In this document: in pieces, positions 24,436 through 37,085 of the stretch
Numbering within the stretch: the stretch's first letter is position 1
How the letters are laid out: each line of letters starts with the position of its first letter
Assembly: GCA_951406725.2 (NCBI GenBank)
Contig: OX597824.1
Location: 74,524,001-74,588,000 of the forward strand
DNA from: Octopus vulgaris
Taxonomy: Eukaryota
DNA: 64,000 nucleotides
Direction: 5' to 3'
The notes under the pieces: generated by a model
What the model was told of the DNA's origin: nothing
What the model saw: only the letters and a program-made list of their open reading frames with translations
The model's database searches: none
Program-made: the position numbers and the translations under genes

Positions 24436-25000
24436 TTGGGTTGTCCGGAAAGTCCGTGCCGATTTTTAAAGGAAGGAAAAGGTCAATAAATACTTGCCAT
24501 TACATTTTTAATCAACCAAATATGAACCATTTTGTCGCACAATGCGTCTCCATCTTTCCTTTAACTTGAAAATACCCTCTTCCCAGAATTGAGGTGGTTT
24601 CATGGCAAAGAATTCATCAAGGTATGTTTTTACATCATCCAAGGAATTGAAATTTTTACCATTAAGACTATTCTGCAGAGACCTGAATAAGTGGAAATCC
24701 GAAGGAGCAATATCTGGTGAATGTGGAAGGTGGGGTAACACATCCCAGCTGAGCTGCAGCAATTTTTGTCTGGTTCCCAAAGCATTAAGTGCCGAAAATG
24801 AACTTTCTTATCTTCCATTTTAAAGGATTACAAAATTAACACAGGTTATAGGAACATAAACCTTCTTCCACGAAGAGATAGCTTAAACCGTGCTCTAAAT
24901 GGAGGTGTAGTCAAATCCTATTTTATGGACTCAACCATATTCTAAAATAAGTCGAAAGGTAAGCTGCTGTAAATCGGCACGTACTTTCCGGACAACCCAA
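24436..25000 (-). mobile_element. Internally deleted mariner with intact TIRs
   Basis: 30-bp TIR TTGGGTTGTCCGGAAAGT(C/A)CGTGCCGATTT, TA on both sides; peptide WDVLPHLPHSPDIAPSDFHLFRSLQNSL...GIFKLKERW. Confidence 0.93.
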
Positions 25001-25902
25001 TAGTTAATGGCAATAAATCAATTAATGTCAGACTATCCACCAAAAGGGTAGGGCGTAGGGTTAATAGTAAGGGAATGCCTGATGGGGAAGGGGTGATGAT
25101 TGGAAGAAAAAGGGATAGAGATGGCCATTACTTACTTTGATTATCATATTAAAAGGGAATATAATGAATAACCAAAGGGATAAGAATATAAACTTTAGGG
25201 GTGGATTTAGAATCAAAGGATAAGGGAAACAGTGAAATATAACTTAGCAAATTTATAATATTAAAATGCGAAAATTTAAATCAATATATATAAGAAGGAT
25301 AGAAATTAAATTTAATACGTAACAATGCGATACTTTAATATATAAGTAAAAATATTAAGACTTTTCTTAAACATAGTCTAATGAAGATCATGGTAAAAAC
25401 ATTCTATAATGAATGCATAACGGAATTAAATTATCATGTGAATAGAAATTCATAGCATATTTTAAACTAATATAAGAACCATTCTCTTCATTACGGGTGG
25501 ATATGTATAAGATATCGCAAAAAGAAATGGTATCCAATAGATGGGGTAATTGAATTAGAAGTGTACTAAATGTATCAGGGAGTACATTCGGATACAATTT
25601 GGGCATGTAGACACTTAATGAATATATTGCATGATTAAAAAATGTAATAAAATAAGAATTCTCATATCCAAGAAATTATACAAAAAGACCTCATAAATTG
25701 TCAAAAATACATTTATAAGTTACAAACACTAAAAAAGTATATAAAAAGATATACAAATGTATAAAAATATAAAATATAAAAAAAACTTATAAAATATAAT
25801 GTGTAATTACAAACGTAAAAAATATAATAATATTATACAGTGAATTTTATGAAAAGAAATTATAAACTGCCAAACCCTTTATGAGCTATAGCAGCAACAC
25901 AA

Positions 25903-26030
<128 letters not shown>

Positions 26031-26310
26031 ATACACACATATAGTGTGACGTGTGTGTTGAGTTTCCTTCAACCAAATCCACTCCCACGGATTTGGTCGG
26101 CCCGGGGCTGTATTAGAAGACATTTGACCAAGTTATCATGCAGTGGAACTGATTCAAAAGCGATGTGGTTGGGAAAAATTTTACTCCCGGGGATTTAACA
26201 ATTTGCTACATGCATGGGATTATGTCATCAATAATGAGGGGGTAACATTATCCTGATTAAAAATACCAATTAAAACTAGAGTTATTTGTTTCTTTTCTGT
26301 CTTGAAATAC

Positions 26311-26725
26311 ATATTTCTTTATTACCCACAAGGGGCTAAACACAGAGGGGACAAACAAGGACAGACATAGGTATTAAGTCGATTACATCGACCCCAGTGC
26401 GTAACTGATACTTAATTTATTGACCCCGAAAGGCTGAAAGGCAAAGTCGACCTCGACGGAATTTGAACTCAACGTAACGACAGACAAAATACCGCTACGC
26501 ATTTCGCCTGGCGTGCTAACGTTTCTGCCAGCTCGTCCCCTTATATCAATGAATCACATGGGTTAAGAACACAAATTGTCTAAAGGAAAGACATGTTCTC
26601 CGAGGACGAAAATCAATAGCGGTCAGCATATTCATTTCCGAACCTACCAAAACGTATTAAGAGAGAACAGATACGTTATTTAGATTCTTGCAGTCCTGCG
26701 TACATCTATCTATCTATCTATCCGC
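26311..26725 (-). mobile_element. SINE-A (26311-26541) fused at its 5' end to a copy of 27313-27556
   Basis: The whole chimera is bounded by 15-bp TSD TCTGTCTTGAAATAC at 26296 and 26726. Confidence 0.88.
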
Positions 26726-27263
26726 TCTGTCTTGAAATACCACAGAACTTTCTTTTCAACCTAATAAATGTTAGATGATAGCTATATTTGCATGAAATAG
26801 AAGGGTGAGGATCATCCGAGCCTTTCAGATCACTTCTGGCTCTGAAGTGTCTGAGGGAAGCACAGGAAGTATTAATCTGTGTGTTAATGAAAAGCAGTTC
26901 GTAAAGTAAAATTTGGATAGGTGTCTACAAATGATAGAGAAGAGAAAAATGTTATCCAGCGGGTTTAGCAATATGCATTGGTATCTATAAATGTAGAGAG
27001 GTTATTAAGAATATCCTTACCATCGTATTACAAATATAAAGTTATATTTTCATGAGTGTCACATTAACACGTGAAATTATTTCCTTGCACATAACTCGCA
27101 GTCAGGATTTCTATGGACCGTAAGTAGGTTATAACCGTCGCTGTGCCATTTCAAGATAATTTTATTGCTTATAACTGACAGTCGAAAATCATGTTCAAAT
27201 CTGACACAACTCTCTGAGAATTAACAGGTACGTACTCTTGTTAGATGAATTGATCCGAGAATA

Positions 27264-27312
27264 GCTTTGTCTGAGAAGACAATAAGATCGAAACACTGCG
27301 CTGTTTCAAAGC
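27264..27312 (+). ncRNA. Degenerate hammerhead-like motif
   Basis: Stem I GCTTTG/CAAAGC, core CTGA-GA (1 nt short), GA/TC stem II, GAAA, stem III ACA/TGT. Confidence 0.35.
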
Positions 27313-27479
27313 CCCCTTATATCAATGTATCACATGGGTTAAAAACACAAATTGTTTAAAGGAAAGAGATGTTCTCCGAGGACGAAAATCAATAGCGGTC
27401 AGCATATTCACTTCCGAACCTACCAAAACGTATTAAGAGAGAACAGATACGTTATTTAGATTCTTGCAGTCCTGCGTAC

Positions 27480-27550
<71 letters not shown>

Positions 27551-27765
27551 CGCTCAGTCGAAGTCGATTCTCGGTTACTCGATGGATCAGTGTTCTCCAG
27601 CCAGTTCTATCCTGAGTCACTTCTTTCAGATTGGCTATGGCCATTCTCGTGTCACTTTTAATGTTGTCAAGCCAGCGGGTTGTTGGTCAGCCTCTTGTCA
27701 CTGACCATTCCGAGAATGATGTCCTTCTCTGGGGATTTTCTCCGCATAATATGACCAAAATATGC
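27480..27765 (-). mobile_element. 5'-truncated RTE-BovB-like LINE with (GATA)n tail
   Basis: AYFGHIMRRKSPEKDIILGMV...RWLDNIKSDT...QDRTGWRTLIHRVTENR; 13-bp TSD CAGTCCTGCGTAC at 27467 and 27766. Confidence 0.85.
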
Positions 27766-28035
27766 CAGTCCTGCGTACGTCTCATGAATTATTAACTTGT
27801 AACAGATATGCATGGGAACTGTTAACTAGCTTATTACGGTCAAATTATTCGCCTCACCCCTTTCGCTCTTCATATTCATCCTCTCTTCCATGGGAGAATT
27901 TGCTTTTCACAATGAAAAATACTAAACTACACAATTTTGAAGGTTGGTTTACTGGGTGGGTCATAGAGACAATAGGGGATGTTAGTAGCAGTATATGAAC
28001 CTTCGACTTCTGATTTGGTTGTTAAATTATTTCCC

Positions 28036-28175
28036 AGAGTGGCTGTGTGGTAAGTAGCTTGCTTATCAACCACATGGTTCCGGGTTCAAGTGTCTTTTAC
28101 TATAACCTCGGGCCGACCAAAGCCTTGTGAGTGGATTTGGTAGACGGAAACTGAAAGAAGCCTGTCGTATATATG

Positions 28176-28214
<39 letters not shown>

Positions 28215-28455
28215 TTGTGTTGTATGTGTGTGTATGTGTGTGTGTATGTTTGTGTGTCTGTGTTTGTCCCCCCCCCCAACATCGCTTGACAATTGATGCT
28301 GGTGTGTTTACGTCCCCGTAACTTAGCGGTTCGGTAAAAGAGACCGATAGAATAAGTACTAGGCTTACAAAGAATAAGTCCTGGGGTCGATTCGCTCGAC
28401 TAAAGGCGGTGCTCCAGCATGGCCGCAGTGAAATGACTGAAACAAGTAAAAGAGT
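28036..28455 (+). mobile_element. SINE-B with a short internal deletion
   Basis: Family motifs. Confidence 0.9.
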
Positions 28456-28882
28456 ATCTGTGCAGCTCCCAGCATCAATCATAATCTCAAGCTCAAATGT
28501 AAAAGCTCTAAATGAACTTTTGAACCCCAACTCCCCCAAGAAAAGAAAAGGTAAGTTCTCTATGTGAATCTATTTCTTCATTTACATTGGAAATGCATAA
28601 ACATCACAACTTCCAAGTCGGCTTCCTTCGTAATATACGGGTTGTGCTATGTGTACTACAAAAAAAAAAAGAAGGTAAAAAGAAACAAAATAATTTGAAG
28701 GGCATAGTTAAAATTAGATTTCTTGACGGTCCAATTCTGCAAACCAGGTTCGCTTCTCGATTGAAACCAATTCACACACGGTTAGTATTTCTTAGAAACT
28801 CAAGAATATCGTTCATATTCCATCCCTACCGCCTTGAAACATTATGGTCTTGTATCCAAGAAACCTTCATCAAACCCACATC

Positions 28883-28914
<32 letters not shown>

Positions 28915-28991
28915 CATCATCATCGTCGTCGTCGTCATCGTCGTCACTGCTTCAAGGTCTTATTGTTATTGGGTTTTCTTTGTGTACTTTC

Positions 28992-29485
28992 TTATTTCTT
29001 TACTACCCACAAGGGGCTAAACATAGACAGGACAAACGGATTAAGTCGATTATATCGATCCCAGTGCGCAACTGGTACTTAAATTATCGACCCCGACAGG
29101 ATGAATGGCAAAGTCGACCTCGGCAGAATTTGAACTCAGAACATAAAGACAGACGAAATACTGCTAAGCATTTCGCCCGGTCGTGCTAATGTTTCTGCCA
29201 GCTCGCCGCCTTTTTTTTTTTTTGACGTAAACACACCAGCATCGGTTGTCAAGCGATGTTTGGGGGACAAACACAGACACACAAACACGCACACACATAC
29301 ATATATATAGATAGATATATACGACGGGCTTCTTTCAGTTTCCGTCTACCAAATCCACTCACAATGCTTCAGTCGGCCCGAGGCTATAGTAGAAGACACT
29401 TGCCCAAGGTGCCACGCAGTGGGACTGAACCCGGAACGATGTGGTTGGTAAGCAAGCTACTTACCACACAGCCACTCCTGCGCCT
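28992..29485 (-). mobile_element. SINE-A (28992-29212) abutting a 3'-truncated SINE-B (29224-29485)
   Basis: Family motifs. Confidence 0.88.
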
Positions 29486-29567
29486 TTGTGTGCTTTCTGT
29501 TGTATTAAAAGTACTCTACTTAATATGTATGGAGTGTTATTTTCTATACATTGTGCATGTGTGCAAA

Positions 29568-29820
29568 TGTGAAGCGCGTTGCTTAGTGGTTAGGGTGTCA
29601 GCATCATGATCGTAAGATTGTGGTTTCTATTCCTGGACCGGGCGACGGGTTGTGTTCTTGAGCAAAACACTTCATTTCACGTTGCTCCAGTCCACTCAGC
29701 TGGTAAAAATGAGTAACGCTGAGATGGACTGGCGTCCCGTCCAGCTGGAGAACACATACACCATAGAAACCGGGAAACCGGGCCCATGAGCCTGGCTAGG
29801 CTTTAAAAGGGCGCATTTAT
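29568..29820 (+). mobile_element. tRNA-derived SINE family F (E-type head and core, D-like tail)
   Basis: 5' part matches 40876 onward; 3' GGACTGGCGTCCCGTCCAG...GAAACCGGGAAACCGG matches SINE-D. Confidence 0.8.
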
Positions 29821-30329
29821 TTTTATTTATTATGTATGTAAATCCTGAAGATTTTGGTTATGTATTTATTTTCAATCTTTGCCAATGTCATAGGTATTGT
29901 TTCTACGTTCAAATCTCACATTCAAGAGATATCTACATTTAGATAATTAAATTTGGATAATTTCTCAATAATTGGTGTTATGAAATTCCGAACATAAAAG
30001 AGATGGTATAAAAATATACTACAAAAGATCCCCGAAAATGACAAAGTAGTTACACACTAGAGCGTTCAAATCATAAAGACAAAGGGATTAAGAACAATGG
30101 ACCAAATATTGCTGTCACGGACCACCAAGAAAGTAGGTTATTTCCAAGCAAAGTATCAGTCTCAGGAGACAATATTTTATCTCTAAAAAGAAATTGAGTG
30201 ATTACTAACATTTAAATATCTGAAAATAGAAATAACTAGAATATGAGGTTTGAAAGCGAAAACGAAACCTATGCATCTATTTTTAATCCTTCCCGTAGCC
30301 ATCCTACATATTCTGAAGTTAGAATTTGT

Positions 30330-31215
30330 ATTCTGCTTCATTTCATGTTTTAATAGTTTCTGATAGGAAGGTTTTCGTTATGAACCACAGACTCACAAAT
30401 CTTTCAGTCTTAACTTTAAGTCTTCTATCTCTCAGTCGGTGTAAGTGTTTCTTATATTCATCCTTTTTTTCTCTCTGTTCAATCATGTCAGTTATCGGCC
30501 ATGCACCATCGTTTCTCTCCGACTTCTTAGCACGACATTTTATAATCTTATTTTCGCTTAAGTTCTTAGTCGTTTAATAATTTCTGTTGTTTCTTCCTTC
30601 TCTACACAACTGTCTCAGCTTACCTCAGCTTCTCTTTTCTATTTGTCGGCTTTCTTAAAAACAGAAAAGCAGTTCTTTGTTTTATTCATGTTTTATATCT
30701 ATTTATAATATTTTCCACTTATTCCTTTTTAGATATTTCTGTAGGCCTACAGTGGATAATTTATAATAGACTTTCCAGTCGCCAAATACATCTAGCTTCT
30801 TTAATTCGTGCTAAATATAATATTTCTGTTGTATTTAAAGTATTAATCTAATGCGTCTATAATATTCATACCTAACCTTTCCTCTCATCTGTCTGTGCTG
30901 CACTCTGCCGAGTTCATTAATTCTTAAGTATTCATAAGTCTTTGTTTTGACTAAGTCTCTTATTTCTGTTTCGCTAATATGATATTAATATCTTATTTTC
31001 TTTCATATCTTTAAGATTGCTTGGCGCATTTCTCTAAATCGCAAATCATATCAAACCCTCTATCGTCTGCAGCTTACACTTTGAGGTATTCCGCATACAG
31101 GGAGTCTGACTGTCCTCGCATAACATTTGCAATCGACTCGAGTCTTGTGAAAGGTGTCAAGACCAGGCAGAAATTATCTGAGAGGGACGAGTATAATATA
31201 GTAAACCACCGTAAA
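30330..31215 (-). mobile_element. Heavily degraded R4/Dong-like reverse transcriptase fragment
   Basis: Minus strand FCLVLTPFTRL, DMICDLEKCA, KTYEYLRINELGRVQHRQMRGKVRYEYYRRIRLIL. Confidence 0.6.
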
Positions 31216-31644
31216 AATTAATGTTCTTCAATCAATAGCTTTATCTCAACGTTGTAAGTTCAAATTGTGCGAGGGGTCGATTTTGCTATTCGTCTTCCTG
31301 GTTCAATGACATACTTTTACACACTTACTAGCAAAATATTGAACTTTCTCCAGGACTTTGGAACCCTGTGCGAATGTTAACAATCTATCTTACGATCGAA
31401 AGTCGTTGTATTTCACAGATTTGTTCGTATTTACTTGACTCCAAGTACAGTTTCATGAGCATCGACCTTTAAAATATCTCACATATGTTTTAGATTCATT
31501 TTAGGTTGTTTTTGGAATAACAAACCCACAGGTTTACACACACACACAGATAGATCAAAAGGTAACAATTATTACCTTTTAAAAGTTGATGTGGTGTTGA
31601 AACGCAGAATACTCCGCTAGTCAGAAGATCAACAACGGCTGTGA

Positions 31645-31962
31645 GGCGGTGGGCTGGCAGTAACGTTAGCACGCCGGGCGAAATGCTTAGCGGTATTTCG
31701 TCTGCCGCTACGTTCTGAGTTCAAATTCCGCCGAGGTCGACTTTGCCTTTCATCCTTTTGGGGTCGATTAAATAAGTACCAGTTACGCACTGGGGTCGAT
31801 GCAATCGCCTTAATCCGTTTGTCTGTCCTTGTTTGTCCCCTCTGTGTTTAACCCCTTGTGAGTAATAAAGAAATAGGTATTTCGTCTGCCGCTACGTTCT
31901 GAGTTCAAATTCCGCCAAGGTCGACTTTGCTTTTCATCCTTTCGGGGTCGATTAAATAAGTA
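31645..31962 (+). mobile_element. SINE-A plus a partial second unit
   Basis: Junction AAAGAAATA-GGTATTTCG. Confidence 0.9.
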
Positions 31963-32094
31963 ATAATTTTTTTATTATCAACCTTAGTGTATCTAAGAGT
32001 ACATTATTCAATATGTCCTTCCTTACACTCATCGTTCCTCCTCATCTCAGCCTTTTTTTAATTCTCACTTAGAAAACAGCCTTGTATTATGGAT

Positions 32095-33954
32095 TTTCTA
32101 AGCTGTACCTATGGCCTGGAGACAGTCACGAAGCCATGCAGATGATTGTTATTTTTGTCTAACAGATATAACAGGTTTCAATGCTTCTTCCAGAAAAAAA
32201 GATCAAATATCCCAACCTCAACTATGATACCTGTTCCCACTCAGATAAGTGTCCCTACAACTCCAGCATCAAACGAAGAAATGCCTTCAGGGGAAGATTC
32301 TTTCAAATCGATCTCTTTTGAAGACAATGTTTATTTAGGAGCAAGTGGCAAGAGCCCCACTGGATCACGCAGGAAGAGCTAGATGACCTGGCCCGTGGTT
32401 TGTATCTGTCTAAGCAGCAATCAGAGCTTCTGGCATCCCGGGTTTAAGCAGTGGAACCTGATCAAGGCAGATGTAAGTAACACCAGTTTCAGGACACGGA
32501 ACCAGGACTTTGCTTTATTTTCCGACACGGAAAACAGGTTGTGCTACTACACAGATGTCTCCGGCTTGTTCACCTTCCTAGATTTCCTACACAGTCCCTC
32601 AGATCGACGTCTTTTCATAGACTCTTCCAAGCAAAGTCTGAAGGCTGTACTCCTGCACAATGGAAATAAATACCCCAGCATTTCCCATTGCCTACTCAAT
32701 CTATCTGAAGGAATCGTATGACAATATGGAACTCCTTTTGGAAGTTGTCAAGTACAACCAGTACCAGTTTAGTATATGCGGGGACCTCAATGTCATTGGG
32801 ATCCTTATGGGTAAACAAGCGGGCTTCACAAAGTATTGTTGCTTTCTCTGTCTCTGGGACAGTCGGGCTGTGTCCAAGCACCAGAAGCAGAAGGACTGGG
32901 GATTTAGGAGAACTTTCATGCCTGCTGAACACAGTGTCCAAAAAATCCTCTGGTAAGCACGAACAAAGTGCTTCTTCCTCCTCTTCATATCAAGCTTGGT
33001 TTAATGAAGAATTTCGTGAAGGCCATAGACAAAAATGGCGCTACTTTCCAACACTTGTGCACTCTGTTCCCAGCTCTGAATTTTACTAAGCTCAAGGAGA
33101 GCAACTTAGTCGGACCTCAGATCCGAGAAGTGCTGAAGGATAAGGACTTTGAGAGGAGCTTCTTACCTTAAAGGAACTGAGAGTATGGGAAGCATTTAAG
33201 TCAGTCTGCCATGGCTTCCTTGGTAACACACGAGGACTAGATTACTAGTGAAATATTTAAAACGCTTACAGTTGGATAGATAGACAAATATAACAAAATA
33301 ATTTGACAAAAAATGTGAATTTTTAATTATTTTCTGAGATTTTACAAAAGCAACAAAAATATTTTTTTAAAAATATACCAAGAGTGTATCAAGAAGTTGT
33401 TACACTCTCCTGAGGATATGGGATACCGAATGTCACTCAAAATTCACTTTCTCCTCTGCCACCTCAACTTCTTCCCTCCGAAGCTCGGATCAGTGAGTGA
33501 TGAGCATGGAGAAAGGTTCCACCAAGATGTTACTAAGATGGAGAATAACTACCAAGATAAGTTGAACACCGGCATGATAGAGGACTTTTACTGGATGCCC
33601 TTGCGTGAGATCCCAGAGGCAAAGTACGCAAGGTCGTCCAAAAAACTCACTTCTAACTGTCTGCTGTACTATGATTTGTGTGTATTGTATTACCCAAGTA
33701 ATTGAGTTCTATCAATGTTCTGTATCTATGCTGTTTATTTTCTGAATATGCCTTTGTAACAGATGAAATAAACGCATTATATATCTTGAATTTATATGCA
33801 GTATAATTAAAATGGGATATGTGAAAACCAACATTCTAGAGGTGGTGGAGGAGCAAATCTGTTCAGAAAATTGAATTCAACGCATCAAAATTAGTGAAAA
33901 AACACCTATCCATATCCTTGCCTCAGAGCAAAAAAACATTTTTGTAAACCAGTG
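32095..33954 (+). mobile_element. Chapaev3-type (CMC) DNA transposon relic, 5'-truncated and frameshifted
   Basis: VPMAWR...HADDCYFC; LFIDSSKQSLKAVLLHNGN; CGDL...GFTKYCCFLCLWDSRA; LPPLHIKLGLMKNFVKA; GPQIR; MSLKIHFL...SDEHGERFHQD; right end ...AAACCAGTG followed by TAA. Confidence 0.8.
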
Positions 33955-33959
33955 TAATA

Positions 33960-34710
33960 AACCTTATGCTTGAAATTTAAGGAAGGAGTTGAGTCGATTA
34001 AATCGACCCAGTGTTTCACTGGTACTTAACTTACTGATCTTCAAAGGATGAAAGGCAAAGTCGATCTCGGCGGAATTTGAACTCAGAACGTAAAGACGGA
34101 CGAAATGCCTATTTCTTTACTACCGACAAGGGGCTAAACACAGAGGGGACAAACAAGGACAGATAAACGGATTAAGTCGATTACATCGATCCCAGTGCGT
34201 AACTGGTACTTATTTAATCGACCCCGAAAGGATGAAAGGCAAAGTTGACCTCGGCGGAATTTGAACTCAGAACGTAGTGGCAGACGAAATACCTATTTCT
34301 TTACTACTCACAAGGGGCTAAACACAGAAGGGACAAACAAGGACAGACAAATGGATTAAGTCGATTATATCGACCACACTGCGTAACTGGTACTTATTTA
34401 ATCGACCTCGAAAGGATGAAAGGCAAAGTAGATCTCGGCAGAATTTGAACTCAGAACGTAGCGGCAGACGAAATAACTATTTCTTTACTACCCACAAGGG
34501 GCTAAACACGGAGGGGACAAACAAGGACAGATAAACGGATTAAGTCGATTACATCGATTCCAGTGCGTAACTGGTACTTATTTAATCGACCCCGAAAGGA
34601 TGAAAGGCAAAGTCGACCTCGGCGGAATTTGAACTCACAACGTAACGGCAGACGAAATACCGCAAAGCATTTCGCCCGGTGCGCTAACGTTTCTGCCAGC
34701 TCGCCGCCCT
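33960..34710 (-). mobile_element. SINE-A multimer, about 4 units
   Basis: Single head at about 34710, repeated ~180-bp bodies. Confidence 0.9.
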
Positions 34711-35214
34711 AACGTACGAGTAATGATAATTGTTTCTAATTTAAGTACAAGGTAACAAATTTGATGGGAGTGAGTTAGTTGATAGTATTAACCTCACTGC
34801 TTGATTGGTACTTAATATATCGATTCCGGGGGGGATGAAAGACGTGAGAATAAAGGTGGTAAGTTAACCGTGGGACACGAATTACGCATATTCGTTGGGT
34901 TACAGTAGATATGGGTTCAAGTCTCACAGGTAACTTTCCAACTTCTTTTTTTCTGTGTAAGGAGTTCTTAATCCTATATTATTATCAGCTATTATTTATA
35001 GCTTGTTTGACATTTGAGATACATCTTTTATAGAAGATTGGTAATGGTTTAATGTTGTGGTTTATAATCCTTATAATATTGTATTAATAATATATTATTA
35101 ATGAAGTAGATCTGATCTCTAGCGTGTGAAATTGAAAATGTTCTAAGTATGAGCCTGGTAAGATACTGGGTTGTACAAAGCTTAATACAAGACACCTCTG
35201 ATTATATTGGTTTC

Positions 35215-35663
35215 ACATTTTAGTACAAGTCCAGCAGTTTCAGGAAAGGAGATTACATCGACCCCAATGTTCAACTGATACTTATTTTAGCGACCCTGAA
35301 AAGAGGAAAGGCAAAGTCGATCTCGGCAGTATTTGAGCTCAGATTTGAGCGCAAGGCAGAAACGTTAGCACGTCGGGCGAAATGCTTTGCGGTATTTCGT
35401 CTGCCGCTATGTTCTGAGTTCAAATATCTGCCCAGGTCGACTTTGTCTTTCATTCTTTCGGGGTCGATTAAATAAGTACCAGTTACGCACTGGGGTCGAT
35501 GTAACCGACTTAATCCGTCTGTCTGTCCTTGTTTGTTCCCTCTATGTTTAGCCCCTTGTGGGCAGTAAAGAAATAAGAATTTGAGCTCAGAAAGAAGCGA
35601 TAGACAAAATACCGTTGAGCATTTTGCCCGGCGTGCAAACGATTTTGCCTGCTCACCACCCTA
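35215..35663. mobile_element. Old minus-strand SINE-A relative with a plus-strand SINE-A (about 35354-35577) inserted
   Basis: TSD ATTTGAGCTCAGA at 35331 and 35579. Confidence 0.75.
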
Positions 35664-35720
35664 AGCTCTGATAAGATTAAGAAACTAGAAGTTAGAAGCG
35701 GGTTCAAGTTATTGTAGTTA

Positions 35721-36197
35721 CTGTATTTTCCAGCATACAAATCGAATTTTTCAAACTAATATTTATAGTTATAAAAGGTAGGTCGACTTATACACCAAAA
35801 CAAAATTGGAGGACCAAAACTGCAGCAGGATATGGAGAGATAGTGGTGATATCTGAATGTATACACTATATGTCTACGCTATCGACTCCAGTGCGTAACT
35901 GGTACTTACGTTGTGAGTTCAAATTCCGCCGAGGTCGACTTTGCCTTTCATCCTTTCGGGGTCGATAAATTAAGTACCAGTTACGCACTGGGGTCGATGT
36001 AATCGACTTAATACCTATGTCTGTCCTTGTTTGTCCCCACTGTGTTTAGCCCCTTGTGGGTAATAAAGAAATAGGTACTTAATTTATCGACCCCGAAAGG
36101 ATGAAAGGCAAAGTGGAGAGATAGTGGTGATATCTGAATGTATACACTATATGTCTACGCTTTATACTGCGTCGACTTGTATGCTTGGGAAATACGG
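35721..36197. mobile_element. pogo/Tc2-type MITE containing a nested SINE-A composite
   Basis: TA-CTGTATTTTCCAGCATACAAATCGA ... TCGACTTGTATGCTTGGGAAATACGG-TA. Confidence 0.65.
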
Positions 36198-36249
36198 TAC
36201 AGAAATGTAATAGAATGAGATTAAAAGACTTGGGAAGCTAGTAGTATAC

Positions 36250-36640
36250 ATAACTAACTAAAATGGCCTCTTGTTGCTGAGTCTGGAAGAAGAGCCTGCC
36301 AAGACTGTTCTGTTTAAATCGCTGTCGACTGACACCTGCAGAAATGACATAAACAAAAAGACAAATCCAAGAGTAAGATGGTTTAGGGAGTAAAGAATGG
36401 ACATAGTGGCTAGTGCTGGGTATTGAGAGGGGTTAGGCCCAACAAGAATAACGGGAGGTGCAGAGAGGAGTAGGTCGAGGCTACTTGAGTGAAGTAGGTA
36501 TGATACTAGACAGCTTCGAGGAACATGGGCTATAAATAAAACTGTAGCGATGGAAAAGGGAGAGGAACAGGAGATAGCACACCTGTCTGTTAAGGACCGG
36601 AGCGTGCCTTTTGGTGAGGATCGAAACATACAGATCTCTG
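36250..36640 (-). mobile_element. Degraded LINE 3' region (CR1/Jockey group)
   Basis: SLTDRCAIS..SLFHRYSF..CSSKLSSIIP-like C-terminal motifs across frameshifts. Confidence 0.45.
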
Positions 36641-36704
36641 TAATATAGAGAAGTCGAATTGAGTACCATTCTTTTTGAAAAGAAGGTATAAAGTTAACAT
36701 CATA

Positions 36705-37085
36705 CGTATGTGTCTATGTATGTATTATGTATGTATGTATACATGTATGTATGTATGTATGTATGCATGTATGTATGTATGCATGTATGTATGCATGTAT
36801 GTATGTATGCATGTATGTATGCATGCATGTATGTATGTCTGTACATACGTACGGACGTACGCATGTATGTATGTATGTATGTATGTATGTTTGTATGTTT
36901 GTATGTATGTATGTATGTATGTATGCATGTATGCATGCATGTATGCATGTATGTAAGTATGCATGTATGTAGGCATGTATGTAGGCATGTATGTAGGCAT
37001 GTATGTATGTATGCATGCATGTATGTATGCCTGTATGTATGTGTGTATGTATGTATGTATGCACGTATGAGTGTGTATGTGTGTA
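36705..37085. repeat. (TATG)n/(CATG) microsatellite
   Basis: Direct. Confidence 0.95.
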
